Assembly: GCF_006345805.1 (NCBI RefSeq)
Contig: NC_043008.1
Span: 73,718,001 to 73,782,000 of the forward strand
Length of the DNA stretch: 64,000 nt
Origin: Octopus sinensis
Taxonomy: Eukaryota
Reading direction: 5' to 3'
In this document: piece after piece, positions 1-13,642 of the stretch
Position numbering within the stretch: position 1 is the first letter of the stretch
Layout of the letters: every line of letters starts with the position of its first letter
The notes under the pieces: model-generated
Seen by the model: only the letters and a program-made list of their open reading frames with translations
What the model was told of the DNA's origin: nothing
Database searches by the model: none
Translations under genes and position numbers: made by a program

Positions 1-1164
1 AAACGGTTCATAGAACTCTTTGTTTTGAAAACAGGATAACTTTACATTAATAATTTCTTAAGAAAAGAAATAAGTGAGTGTCTAAAATCCTGGTGAGTGA
101 AGTGGTAGCAAGTTGTTTTTCATCAACGTTGCAGATATTTAATTTCAAATTTCTTTGGGTAACAACAAGGAAATTATGATTACATTTTAGTTTCTATTAG
201 CGGTGGTGATGGAGGATGGGGTGATTGTCAAAGTAAGCACACAGAGAGCAGTAGAAAAACAATGGTTTGAGGAAGCTTTGGTAGTTGGGTAGAATTAGTA
301 GGGAGACGGTGTGTCGGTACAGAAAGCAGAAGTGGGGTAGCTCCGAGGAATTGGAAGAATATGTGGTTGGATATTATTCATAGGGAGTATGATCCTGTTA
401 GAATTTATAGAGGATATATGAATAGTTAGAATTGACGAAGAGGCAAAGGAACTGATTTGTGTGGCGTTAAGCCATGTTAATCTGTTAATATAAGAAGTTC
501 AAATCCTGCCGGTAGTAAATCATTTTATTTATCAATGCTCGATAAAAGATGAGTTAGTCACATCTCAATTTCTTTCCCTTCAGTCAAGTGCTAGAGATAA
601 TACTGGCGAATATTTTAAGAGAAATTTTCTTTTTTAGAAGCGGGAGCAAATACAAAAATAACTAAAAGTTTTAAGACAGAGGGCGGGGACAAATCACACA
701 CCCGATTGACATATCTACCTATTAGCTAGTGCCGGTCTTTTAGAAGGCCGGCTGCAACGGATGCCGTGCGGATAATTGGTGACAGTGTCGACTGCTTGGT
801 AGTAGCCATATTTGTGACATAATGTTGGCAAGTGGTCAGTGCAGATTCTGGTGGGGGTCATAAGGAACATATAAATCCTTATAAATTCACAAGATGGCAG
901 AACAGTACAGAACTTGGGGTTGTAGAGTATATACTAAGAGGAAAACTTAAAACTCTGATGCCGAAGATGATCAAGACGATGTACACGTGGGATCAAAATA
1001 CATTTAAGGGCTTTATGCACTGAAACGTTAAATGAACGAGAGAAAAAATAAGAAATCATGGAGGGTGTTGTTTCTGAGGTGCCAACTCGTGAGACGGTAA
1101 ATGGAAACTATTCTGTCCTCATTACTAGGAGCAAACTATTACACCAGACAAAGCCTGTGCCCAT

Positions 1165-2375
1165 CCATCTATCTATCTATCTAAGGCGGGTAAAATCCCC
1201 GAGATCCATGGATGAGTTCACTCCAACGGTTTTTGTCCTTCATCATCACTGCTATATCCTGTGTCTCACAGAGACCAGTGCCTGTCCTTAGGGCATCAAC
1301 ATATGTCATCTGCGGTCTCCCTCTTCTAGTGTGTCCGTATAGGGGCTCCTACAGAAGTACTGAATGCAGTTTCAACTCTGGTTTACGGTGGACATGTCCA
1401 GCTAATCTTAGTCTCCTCTGTGTTATTTTGGAGCTAACTATTGGGAGGCTCTCGTACAGCTGAGTTCTTCATCCTCGGTGTATACTGATTAATATTCAGA
1501 GCCATCCTCAGCATTTTCGTGTAGCACCCATCCACCATCTGAATGAGATTCTTGGTCAGTGTCGAAGTCTCAGACCCGTAAAATAGTACAGACTCCACAG
1601 CAGCAACGAAGAGACGGATTTTCAGGTCTATACGATAGGTGTATATGGAAGGCGGACTAATAGAAAGGAGTTGTCTCAAACTGTGGCATGCTACCCAGGC
1701 TTTGCTTTTCCTCTCAACTATATCACCCTCTGTGTTCCCAGTCTTTGCTCCCAGATACAGGAAGTGCTTAACCAACCCTAGTGGCTTCCTGCCTACATTC
1801 ATCATTTTCTCAGGTTTCTTAATTTTCTCTACCAGATAATTCGCTATACTTTCATTCAATTTCAGCCTCACACTCATTGACAGTCTCCACTTTCTGCATC
1901 AACTTCTCCGCCTCCCTCACTGTGTTTGTCACCAGAACAACTATGTCGTCAGCAAATTCAACATCTGATATTTGTTTAGCCTTGACCCTGCTCTGAGCTG
2001 TCCTTGGTACTTCTCTAACGCAACACGCATACAATAGTCAACTACTATGATAAAAAATTTATAAGAGAGCCAATATATCTCCTTGACGCACTCCAGTCAG
2101 TATCTCAAAGAACTCTGTCATCCTGTTAGGTGTAATGACTTGGGCACTGATGCTGGTTTAGAGCAGTGGTAACAAGTCCACTATCTTCTTGGGGATTCCA
2201 TAGTCCTGTAAGATCGTAATCAGGCAGTGACTGTCCACAGAATAGAAGGCCTTCCTAAAGTCAATGAAAACTATGACAGCACGAAGACTCTTTGCTGTAA
2301 TTACCACTACTATCCTCCTGCCGTACTTAAGGTTTCAAAGCGTGATGCTTGTCGTCGGCCACTGGAAATATGAAT
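1165..2375 (-). mobile_element. 5'-truncated, decayed RTE-clade non-LTR retrotransposon (RT and C-terminus) with a short (TAGA)n 3' tail
   Basis: Minus-strand translation gives FIDFRKAFYSV, GVRQGD, the catalytic FADD (ORF 1852-2034), FLYLG...KIRLFVAAVESVLFYGSET (ORF 1434-1877) and RRLRLAGHVHR...RRGRPQMTYVD. It ends at a tctatctatcta tract near 1165-1185. Several stops and frameshifts. Confidence 0.85.
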
Positions 2376-2539
2376 AAGAAATTTGAATAAAGAACTACAT
2401 TATTCAAATTTCTAATGGCTGAAGATATGCATCACTCTTTGAATCTTTTATCAACACGGAACTTGAATCAAACTGTTTTGATCTATATATGTAAATCCCA
2501 ATAAATGTGTTGAGTGTCCTTCTTTCGTTTGTCCACTCG

Positions 2540-2800
2540 AATGTGTGTGTGAATTGTGTGTGTTTGTGTGCGTGTGTGTGTGTTCATGCACGCGTGTGCG
2601 TGTGTGTGTTTGTCCAGCACCACTACTTGACAAACGATGTTGGCTTGTTTACGTCCCCGTTATATTGGCGGTTCGGCAAGAGAACAACAGAATATGTAAC
2701 AGTCTTTAAAAAATGTAGTGTTTAATTTCTTCCACTCAACACTTCAAGGCATTGCTCCAGCATGTCGGTAGTCCAATAACTGAAATAAGTGAAGAATAAA
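2540..2800 (+). mobile_element. SINE family B, 3' half with internal (TG)n
   Basis: Aligns by eye to the 3' half of the complete copy at 55865-56262 (tttacgtccccgt...ggttcggcaa...gctccagcatg...actgaaa). Confidence 0.65.
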
Positions 2801-3358
2801 TGATATGAAGATGTATGATTAATCTAAGCAGCTGTGCAGAAACATATTCACCTACACATTCACATATACACTCCCATTCATTAGGTATCGTACTCTCAGA
2901 AGTATATGTGAATGTGTATACATATGTATCAGTGACAATATCTCTCTTTTACTCGTTATCAGATACAGAGTTGTAACCTTTTAAGCATCTTCTGCAGTTT
3001 CTCGTGTACTAACATTGTTCCGTAATATTTCCTCAAGCAGTTCATTAATCTTAATTAGTGCGTTGTGTAATGAAAAGTTATATTAATTTTTCACATAATT
3101 ATCGTGTTTAGCATTCGCTAAGTGTTGGCAGTAAATATTATTTGCCATTAAAATAAATGAGGTTATAAAGTCATATTGAGACGATCTTCAAGGTTCTAAG
3201 ATAAAAACAAGTCATCATTTATATGTAAGTCCGTTGCTGATATTGTCATGTGACTCGGTTATATTAAATATTCATATATCATCAGGAAACCAATTTATGT
3301 AAGTGAAGCATCTCTCTAACGTTAATTTGCAATATTTATTCTGGCTCTTTACATATTC

Positions 3359-3475
3359 AGTTCAAATCCAGATCTGTTTATCTGGTCGATAAAATAAAGT
3401 ACCCATCATATTCTCTGGCTGATTTCATCGCTTGTCTCCCTTGAACAAAGCTCGGACCTTGTGCTTACTTTAAGG
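3359..3475 (+). mobile_element. SINE family A fragment
   Basis: gttcaaatcc B-box followed by gtcgataaaataaagtacc...ccttgtgc, matching the other family A copies. Confidence 0.5.
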
Positions 3476-4026
3476 GAAAATATTATACTTAACATTTTCG
3501 TTTTGTTCTTACATAAATGGAGATGCATACGCCATTATGTATTGTATGCATGTATGTATGTATATATGCTCGCAGTCTGCCACACATGTAGCAAAAACAT
3601 GTTGAGGAATAACTTTAGAATAATAGAGTATTAACCAAATTAAAGTAGCATTTCCATGTTAGGTTTTTCGGTAACTCCGGTACCTACATTGTCAAATAGC
3701 AGGAGTGTAAAGCTATTTCATAAATATCACCATGTAAGCAAGTAGGGTTTAATTTTGATACTGGCGTACACGACACTTATGAATGTTACAGACACTCCAT
3801 TTCAACAGCAACACATAGTCCTCCACAACATAAATTTAACACTTTCCAGTAGTTGTAACGTTGTAGAATTAACTGTCAAACTTAGAATGCACCAGTTCGT
3901 CGTAAAATTCCAACTTCCAAATTTCTCTAAGAATTACCAAACTCAATAAGAGGAAATTACCCCTTATTCCTTTCTTTGTAACACTTCAACATACCATTAA
4001 ATAATTCTTATGAACAATTCTAAATA

Positions 4027-5298
4027 TAGGGTAATTCCATAAATAATGCGTTTTTTATACTTCTTTCAATTTTCAAAATTAAGATAAACAAAGTTAATTT
4101 TTAATCTGAAATATACACTCTTTCATTTTCTACAATGCTTTTCCCTCTATCTAGTAGACTTGCAAGGCTCCTCTTCCAAAATTCACTTGTCCGTGATGAA
4201 AGATACTCCTCAAATACAGTTCTGACCTCGTCTACAGAATTCGTATTTTTCCCGTCCAAATGATTTTGAAGATTGCAGAATAAATGATAATCAGATGGGG
4301 CAATGTTCGGTGAATATGGTTGGTGAAGCATGGTTTCCCATTCAAACTACTCCAGCCTTTGGAATACCATCCTCGCTGTATGTGGATGAGCATTATCCTG
4401 ATGAAAAAACACCTTTGTCTTGAAACCAAAGAGGGTAATTTTACTTCTAGTTCTGACTTAAACCGCTCTAGCTGCTCGCAGTAGATCTCCTCTGTTATCG
4501 TTTGGTTTGGGTTTAAAGGTTCTAAGCGGACTAAACCTGCCATATTCCACCAAACAAATAACAACACCTTACGTGGGTGAAAACCTTCTTCAGCATGGCA
4601 TGGTGGTGTTTCTTCTTTCCATACCCATTATCTTCGGCGCTTTTTTTATAGAGGACCCATTTCCCGTTACCAGTCACTATTCAATCCGAAAAAGGTTCAT
4701 TCATGAGACAAGACAGCAAAGAAGAGCACACATTCACTCTCTGTACGCGATTTGTCTCGGAAACTTTGTGAGGAACCCTTTGACCCAATTAGCTGACATC
4801 TTCAATGGCACGCAAGTGCTGATGAAAGGTTGAATAACCAAATCCAAGTTTATTTGCTACTTCCTCAACAGTTACGATGGAATTTTGTTCCACCAGCATT
4901 TGCAGGACGTCCTTGTCGAGCTCTACACATCTTCCAGGACGAGGCTGTAGTTTCAAGCTCGGAATTTCGAGAACTACAGTTAACACTAGCTTATGATTAT
5001 TGTTCGATTCCCATATACTGTATTAACATTCCTCGTGTTAACTTTCAGTTGCGTTGTTGCCTTTATTGAATTCAGAGAGCAAAATATGCAGAATATGCTC
5101 CTTTGTCACTTCCATTATAGCTTTGAAAAACTAACTATCAAAATTGAACTGCACTCTTCAAGACTTGCACTAAGAAAAAGGACAGGGTAAAATTACTACC
5201 TGCTTTTATAGCACTTTGATGCAGGCAGTTTACCTCCCCCCCCACGACTTTTAGTTCATACAATTGAAAAACCGCATTATCTATGGGATGCCCCAATA
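4027..5298 (-). mobile_element. Full-length decayed mariner (DD34D) DNA transposon, ~1.27 kb, both TIRs present
   Basis: HTH region (ORF 4789-4986), IVTGNGKW (first D mutated), HQDNAHPH and PYSPNIAPSDYHLF, with 34 residues between the second and third D. Imperfect ~30-bp TIRs at 4027-4056 and 5266-5298 are flanked by TA. Multiple stops and frameshifts. Confidence 0.92.
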
Positions 5299-5844
5299 TA
5301 TGCATTACATATGGAACAAGAAGGCAAGCTAAAGCTTACAAACTTTTGAAAACACTGCAATTGAAGGGAATGTGTTCCCTAATCGAAAAAAACAAGGCCA
5401 AACATTTCATGTTATTTAAGTTGACATACAGAAAATGAATACACGGCACTTATAAGAGATCGAGAGTAAAATAAGGTTCTTTCTTTGAAATGATGGCCCT
5501 GTGATAGTACACTGAAACAATGTCTTGCTCATAAAATGAAACTCATTATTTACTGTAGACAGTCGCAAAATATATGGGACATTGAATAGCAAGGTGAGAA
5601 TTGTTTATATTATTATATATGCATACATGTAAATGACTGTTGAGTCAGACCAGCTTTTCAAAATTTTCAGACCAGCTTTTCCATGTGGTGCGTCTTTCTC
5701 TCCACTGTTCGTCCATTTTTGCGATAGCTGAAAGCATAGTGTGCTTCTGTGAAATTATGTTTTTTGCCAGGGAAAATATCAACTGAAACAGCCATCATGC
5801 AATAATTACTTATAGTAAGCTATCATGTAAATAATTACTTATAG

Positions 5845-5977
5845 TGATTTCACGAAGTTCGATTTTAACTTTTATCCTTCGGGGTCGATTAAATAAGTGC
5901 CCGTTGAGTATTTGGGTCGATGTAATCGACTTACACCCTCCCCCAAAATTGCTTGGCTTCTGCCAAAATTTCAAATC
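5845..5977 (+). mobile_element. SINE family A, 5'-truncated, between 15-bp direct repeats
   Basis: tccttcggggtcgattaaataagt...gggtcgatgtaatcgac...ccccaaaattgc. The 15-mer aataattacttatag occurs at 5830-5844 and 5978-5992. Confidence 0.7.
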
Positions 5978-6920
5978 AATAATTACTTATAGCAATCATT
6001 AGACAAAGATAACTGTCGACTTATGCATCTTGTAGGGAAACATTAAAAAACTATGTGTGTTAAATTTATTCATATACATTTTCATAATTTCCTTGAAAGT
6101 GATAATGTAACAAAAAACAAAAGAACGAAAAAAAAATTTCGAGAAGCGGGTAGACGAGTTTTAAACCATACCAGAGATGATTTCCTCCGAGCAGAAGCTG
6201 CCTCACATTTCTGCTCGAGATATGTGACTGAAAGATAATGAAAGATGGTAGCTCTTAGGTACAAGCTCACACAGCTACTGCAATATTTCGATTGGGTGCT
6301 AAAGAAATTGTTCGAATAATCAAACACAGCGAGTCTCGGCGTTGCAAAGGCTTCCACCAAAGTTTTTTCTGGCATTACATGTCACTGGTTATGTTATTTC
6401 AAACTAGTGAGGGAACAAATAGAGTGATATAATAATTGCCTAAATAACGGAAATCAATTGCACAGATATATATTAGTAAGAGGAAGTGTCTATGATCATT
6501 GTAGACTATATATCAACGAGATTGAAACATTTTATATCGAAACAAGATATAACCATCTCTGATTATCCAGGGATCTAGCCTCAATGTTTGTATCAGTGCA
6601 GCACTACTAAAAGCAGCCAGGCCATACTCTATTATACATACTCCCATACTCCACAAATACTGTTTTCTATAAAAGGAAATAGACAATTTCCATGAAAGAT
6701 ATTTGGAAATGATTTATCACCAAATGTATTTATTTGCCATTACGCCTTGGAAGCGGACATGCAAAAAGTAGGGCAATAAATATACTAACACTTAATTTCT
6801 ATTTCTGGAATCTAAGTGTACTTTCTGCAAAGATACACTCCAGCGTGAGTGACGTAATGTGGGACGAGACCTATAAGTTTAGTACCGTATTTATTTGGTC
6901 GAGTGGGTGAGAATTATATA

Positions 6921-7787
6921 TACGAAAGGTAATCAGAAAAACAAAAAAACAGAATTTTGCAATGTTATTTTATTCATTTAGTTTTACATGTTTACACTTG
7001 TTTCGCCTTCTAAGTATTGTGCATTTCAAGGAACACATCGGTACAGACGCTTTTTCTACTATTCGAAGTAGTGCTGGAACTCTTGCGAAGTGGTGCCCTT
7101 TAACGGATCCGTCGTTTTTTTCTTCACCTCTTCCACATCTACATATTCCATAGCACCAGCTTTCGTCTCCAGTGATGGTCTACCTAAATAGGTCCGGATC
7201 AACTTCCAACTGTTCTTTCATTTCATGAGACGCATTCAGTCGTGACTGCTTTTGACTTCCGTGAGCAAGTGAAAAACAAATTGTGCTGCAACTTTTTTCA
7301 TTCGCAATCCCTCGCTCAAATTCATTGGCAGGAGCTCCAGTACAAACCAGTTATATCAATAAGTTCGTCAATTGTTCGCTGACGGTCCTCTAAGATGGAT
7401 TCATGAATTTTCATGAGGCTTTCATTCGTTCGGGTGTTCGAAGGTAATCCTGAACGAAGTTGGTCTTCAAGCGACAATTGACCATTTCTAAAGAGTAGAA
7501 ACCACTCATAAGCTTGTGTTTTTCTCATGTCAGCGTCCTTGTAAGCTGCATGATAGCTATTTCGGCTGATATTTTCCCCGGCAAAAACATAAATTCACAA
7601 AAGCACACTGTGCTTTCAGACAACGCAAAAATCAACGAACAGGGGGTGGGCAAAGACGCACCATATGGAAGTACGACGTCGGTTGGGAGACTGATGCCTG
7701 AGGGTTACAACAAGTGGCTGCTAGCGGCAGAAGTTTGAACTACAACAGGCTTGTCCCACAGAGAACATTTCCGGTTACTCCTTTGTA
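6921..7787 (-). mobile_element. Internally deleted mariner element (867 bp) with both TIRs
   Basis: HTH ORF 7322-7528 (KTQAYEWF...LEDQLRSGLPS). ITGDESWCYG is joined directly to the C-terminal EEVKKKT...YLEGE, so the catalytic core is deleted. The TIR tacgaaaggtaatcagaaa at 6921 matches the reverse complement of tttccggttactcctttgta ending at 7787. TA flanks. Confidence 0.88.
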
Positions 7788-8899
7788 TATATATTCTGTA
7801 AATATTAGGAACCAATAACCTGCTGCTATTGGAGCGAAGATAACTTTAGAAATGAGAACATATATCACTTATCAAACTGCAACAAAGCTACAGAAAACTG
7901 TTCTTGGCGTCAATGTTGAACTTTCAGAGTAATTGTCTACTAGTAATAGAGGGATTTACCTCGATATAGTAATAGTGTTCCTGGATCTGTTCTCGATTGT
8001 TAGCACAGAACTATTATTCCTTAACTGTAATGATATCAATATAGGAATCTTAACTCCCAATGATAAAATCATTAACGAAGACCTTCGTGTTAAATAATTG
8101 TAGGTTGATTAAAACATTATGCGGTTCAATGTAGGAAAATGGAAAATAATCTATCACAGTAGAAACAAAAATACGTGCGGTATTTAGGGATTGTTAATGG
8201 TAATAGAGCATAATTCCGTGTGTATATTAGTATTGGCAAAAATAATAAAAATAAAGAAACGATTCACAAAATGGATCATAGGATCATTCAGGATGATTAC
8301 TTTGTGCAAAACGCTTGGTATTAATAGTCTGGAGAATTGCTCCCAGCTATAGCCGTCTCATAGTGACAATCTCACTATTGATTTGGAAGCAATCCAAAAG
8401 TGTCATACACATAAATGATTAACTTCTATGAACCGACAGAACGACTTGAAGACATCGAAAGTTTTATGACTCTGTTTCCTGTCTTCATCGTCTGGACTAC
8501 CAAGCAGCCATCGTCACCGCCATCTTCAAGACCACAATCTTTAGTTCCACCACTATCATCATCACCACCATTATGTCCCACAGCATTCTCAACACTACCA
8601 CACCGTCTTTAACACCTCCACAGCCATCCACTATACTACCATCATTTCTACTGTTATCATTTCCATCTCTCTTTTTTCGAAACTTCCTGAAATTCATTCC
8701 TATCTTCTCTTTACACTTTATTGCATTTCTCTGTCTCAACACGAATCTATGTAAATATTTGGAGACATAGCACATTCCTCATAACACCGATATATCTGTT
8801 ATACCCTAACTCATAGCATTCTATTTCTCAAAAATCTAGTATCACAAATATAATACAAGCAATTGTTAACAAACCCATTTACCTTACATTGTACTGGAG

Positions 8900-10135
8900 T
8901 TCTACTTACATGTGCAGTGCTGCACACACGGATATACTCCATAACATTGGAGAGCGGTTCACATGTGTACATTTGTGTTACTGCTAGCCACATAGACAAA
9001 CAAGGATTGCACAGTGATACTGCTGCACCATAAAAGAGCATTGCTTATATGTGAAGGACAGTGTTGTTACATGCACACGGATAAAATCACTGCTCACTGC
9101 ACACGAAGGTACTTAAACAGCAAGTTGCAATGGAGTACCACAGCTCACATGCGTTCGCCGGTGCAACTACTGTTACTACTTCTACTACATATTCTATACA
9201 TCAGATGGGAATATTGCTCCTATGCAAGGGTTGCAGCCTGATGCTGCTTTTGCTGCACATGTATGGTAAGCTAAAGTACATTGTACTACTGTTTACCTTC
9301 ATAATTTGGTACTGCTGCTAAAGTCATATGCTACACCGGACAGTAGTACTGCTGTTTCATTGTAGAAAATAATGTTGATGCTACACTCATAGACAGACAG
9401 TGTACAATATATCATACCACTGCTCCTTACATGTATAATATAATAGCGTAAATAGAGACAATGTACACCACTCTGTAGTCTTGCGCTCACATTTATAGCT
9501 CGTTACCGAAGATACACCCTTACAAACACTGTACACAACACTGCAGCTCTACTGTTGATGTTCATGGTTCGTTACTCTAGCTAGAGCCATACAGATATTG
9601 TGCACCACACTGAACTCTTGATGTTCCAATTAATATCTCCAATTAATATCTACTGCTTATATCTATGCTTGAAGCTACACTCTTACAGACATTATATACC
9701 ATACTGCAGTTTTGCTGTTCGTGTTAATGGTTCGTTACTGCATCTAGAGCCATACTGAAACTGCAGTCTTGATGTTCACATTTGTTGCTCTGTACTGCAG
9801 CTCGACCCATACAAACATTATGCACCACACCCACATCTGCAGCTTACACTTAGAGTCCATACAGAAGTTATACTCATATAACCACTGTGTGCAACACTGC
9901 AGTTCAGTGGCTCATATTTATGGCTCATTATTGAAATTAGGCCGATATAGACACACTACATTGCACTACAGACTTGCTGTTCACATTTATAGTTCGTTCC
10001 TGTCGCTGCACTCATACAGAGAGTGTGTGCCAATCTACAGTTTTACTGCTTACATTTAAAGTTCGTTACTGCAGCCATACAGATAGCGTACACCATCCTG
10101 CATTCTGTTGCTCCTCACATGTACAATATGCTATT
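8900..10135. repeat. Highly degenerate minisatellite, unit ~55-70 bp
   Basis: Recurrent ctgc(t/a)cacat(g/t)t...gttcgttactgcag...ccatacaga...caccaca units, clearest at 9485, 9553, 9716, 9771, 9976 and 10044. Confidence 0.55.
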
Positions 10136-11130
10136 AACGTATATGCTCACAAAGACATCCCACGTCCCATCTAATTTATGGGTATTTGACTGATAATAAA
10201 CCTTTTCCTACTCAAAATACAGATAATCATCACGGGCTTGCTGCGTCCTCCCTTTTCCACTTCTGTTTTGTTGTGTGTTTGCTCCTCCTATTCTCGCTTT
10301 TGCTGTGTACTCTTACTGCATATTTTATCCGATAATGCAACATATCTCATCATTTCAACTAGTTTATTACATACGTTCTTCACCAGGTCTACCCGTGTCG
10401 CCTACTCAATATAACCTCCCACTAAATTGTAAGGCGCATCGTGAACGTCGTTTCCGAACAGTCTGTCTCTGCAAAATTATCCCAACAACTTTTCTTCCCA
10501 CAACGACTTAAATATATTCATTCAAATATAATGCCAGTTCTATCATGGCTGTATCCTGTTTTCGGTGACTGAATTATACAAAAACTGCGATGTACTTGTA
10601 TTTCTATCATCACTGTTTGTCATTATATATTAAAACAGATATTTATAAACTGTAGCGTTATTATATCGCTCGGGTATGACCGAAACTGTAACGTTATTAG
10701 TTCGGTGAAATCATATCTTGATGCCATAAGCAATCTTGGGATAACTCAACTATCGTGTTTTACACTCTCCCTTTATTTCTGCTCTATCTGTCTGCCGTCG
10801 TTTTTAGGATTAGGTAGTTTCATGGTTGTAGTACTATCATTGTGTCTTTATTGTGTGTTTGTGTGTGTGTGGTAAGGAGGTGAAGTTTGTGTTGGTCACC
10901 TATGTCCACTTCCACATTTGATTTATTAAATGACTAAGATTTCCATTCTACTATTTACTTCCCCTGCGTATGATTGTTGCATATTTCGGATTAATATCTC
11001 CTCGTCAGTGAATTATTCAAGGAATGAGTTGCTTAAATTTGAAGTTTTAAAATGTTTCATTAATCCTTTTGTTTTATTCAAATTTTGCTGGAATGAATGA
11101 AGGCGATACTACTGTTAAATAGGGAATAAA

Positions 11131-11340
11131 TATTGGTTTCTAATTTTGGTACAAGGACTGTAACTTCGGTGGAGGGTCTATGTCGATTACATCGACTCCA
11201 GTTTTCAACAGGCATTTGTTGTATCGATCCAGAAAGGATGAAACGTAAAGCCTACCTCGGCGGAATTTGAATTCAGAAGGTAAGGAAAGTGCCGCTAAGC
11301 ATTCTGCCCGGCGTACTAACGATTCCGCCATTTCACTGCT
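11131..11340 (-). mobile_element. SINE family A (tRNA-derived), near-complete
   Basis: Minus strand reads tggcggaatcgttagtacgccgggc (A box), gaattcaaattccgccgagg (B box), then the family body. It accounts for ORF 11140-11394. Confidence 0.85.
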
Positions 11341-12599
11341 ACGTAGAGAATAAATATTGAATAAGTGGAAAATTCGAGAATACAGGTTATTCAAATTAGA
11401 AAAGAATGTTAAATCGAATTAAAAATGGCAGGAAATTTATGTTGTTTTACAACTATTAAGAAAAAAAGAAAATTATGAATTATCGACATAATAGAGAAAG
11501 TGTGAGACGGATAAGTGAAGTTTAAAATGGCATGTTTTGACTAAAGTTTCTCCCACTGAACAATGTCGCAGGTAAAAGAAAAAACAGAGATAATTTCAGT
11601 AGCACACTTAATTTGGCGTGATAAAAAAAAAACATTTTGCTCAAGTGAAAAGAGTTATTAGTGTTAATGACTCTTCTTGTGAGGGAAGAAAAGGGGAAGC
11701 AACCCTTTGAAAATAGCCCAAGATATAAAGAAGCAAATTTGACCTCTTTCAGTCACCAAGATCGATTATTTTAAAACTAGATTGCAATATTTTACACAAA
11801 CCTAATAATATATTAATGTTCTTTGAGTATATATACTTTCAATAATGACCTGGTTTGCTTTTTCTATTTTTATTTACTCAGTAAATAAAATCAAGAACTG
11901 TTAAGGAGATTCGAATGAAGTCATTGAAATTCAACAATTTATGCAGATAAACGAAAGATTTACAGCATTAGATTTCTGCGGAAATACGCTCAGTTGCACT
12001 AAACCTTCTCAAACGTTCACTCACACAAAACCACCTTCGATATAACGTTGCTTGGTGTGCTAAACTGTCGTAGTTATCGTTCTTAATATTGTTGTTCTTC
12101 TTGCTCTTCATCTTGATGATACACTTCTTAATGGCCATGCCACGTTTTTCGAATATCAAATAGAAAGAGCTTTTTCATTCTATCTTGATTACATTTCTGA
12201 TATGATATGGGAAATTGTAAAGTTGCATAGGGAGAATATTTTGAATATTTTCTTTGAGCATCGATAGATTTCATATAGATTTTCATGTTAATTTTCGTGT
12301 AGATACATGTAAATAACAACCTCTAATGATTTTGCATTTTCACAAACGGCTTGTGGATACAATTTTATAGATCAGTTACACAAAGTGATCATCTGCCGTT
12401 CTCACACGAACAGTCTACACCAATACACTCGCATGCGCACATGACAACGCTGAATGACATTAAAATACGCAACGAACGCACAAACACGTTCGCACACACA
12501 CATTTTAAAACGTGTTGAGAGATATTGACGTACCGGCATTTCCAACAATACATAATGCAAATAATATATACAAATATGCGTGCGTATATATGGGTATTT

Positions 12600-12637
12600 G
12601 TACACGTACACACATATACATACATGCATGCATAATT

Positions 12638-12671
<34 letters not shown>

Positions 12672-12910
12672 ATGCATGCATACATAAATACATATATACA
12701 TATTTATGTATATGTTTATATACATATATACATGTAAATATATATATATATATATGTATATATATGCATATATTATATAGATATTTTATATATATATATA
12801 TATATATACACATATTTAGAAAGAGAGCGAGGGGGAGATGGATAGATGGATGGATGGATGCATGCATACATGTACAGATGGATAGATAGATAGATAGATA
12901 GATAGATAAT

Positions 12911-12948
<38 letters not shown>

Positions 12949-12972
12949 TAGATAGATAGATAGATAGATAGT

Positions 12973-13003
<31 letters not shown>

Positions 13004-13047
13004 ATAGATAGTTAGATAGATAGATAGATAGATATATAGATAGATAT

Positions 13048-13092
<45 letters not shown>

Positions 13093-13111
13093 CAGATAGA
13101 TAGATAGATAG

Positions 13112-13146
<35 letters not shown>

Positions 13147-13147
13147 C

Positions 13148-13189
<42 letters not shown>

Positions 13190-13190
13190 T
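12600..13190. repeat. Compound microsatellite: (TA/TG)n then ~300 bp of (TAGA)n
   Basis: Directly visible; (TAGA)n spans about 12870-13188. Confidence 0.97.
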
Positions 13191-13494
13191 AACATACAGA
13201 CGTAGACACACGTGTATGAACGTATATACAAATTTCAGATAAATTTAACACGCGCATAAACGAAACATGAACTTACAAATAAGCTCTATTGAAGGTGTGC
13301 TGCGCAATGTGTTTAGTAGTATGTATGTGTAGGTAATATCTGTTCTTTATTTTGTTTGTGGAAATGTGAAAGAATTATTCACGTTTGATTTTCATTCCAG
13401 TCATCATGAAACATGACAATTGTAATGGGTATCTTATGTGGTTGTTTGTAAAATCTAAATGTACTTGAGTTTTTATATTCGACCAGTAGCCTGC

Positions 13495-13593
13495 GCACGC
13501 ACGCACGCGCACACGCACACACACGCGCACACGCACGCACATGCATACGTGCGTATGTAGAAACATAATCACAATCATTTATACTTAATGGTG

Positions 13594-13642
<49 letters not shown>

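Noticed and set aside
6170-6400. YVTER and SLGVAKASTKV, resembling Jockey/CR1 RT motifs
   Set aside because: Too degenerate to call. Similar unassignable RT traces occur near 23.3-23.9, 30.8, 31.5-31.8 and 57.3-58.3 kb.
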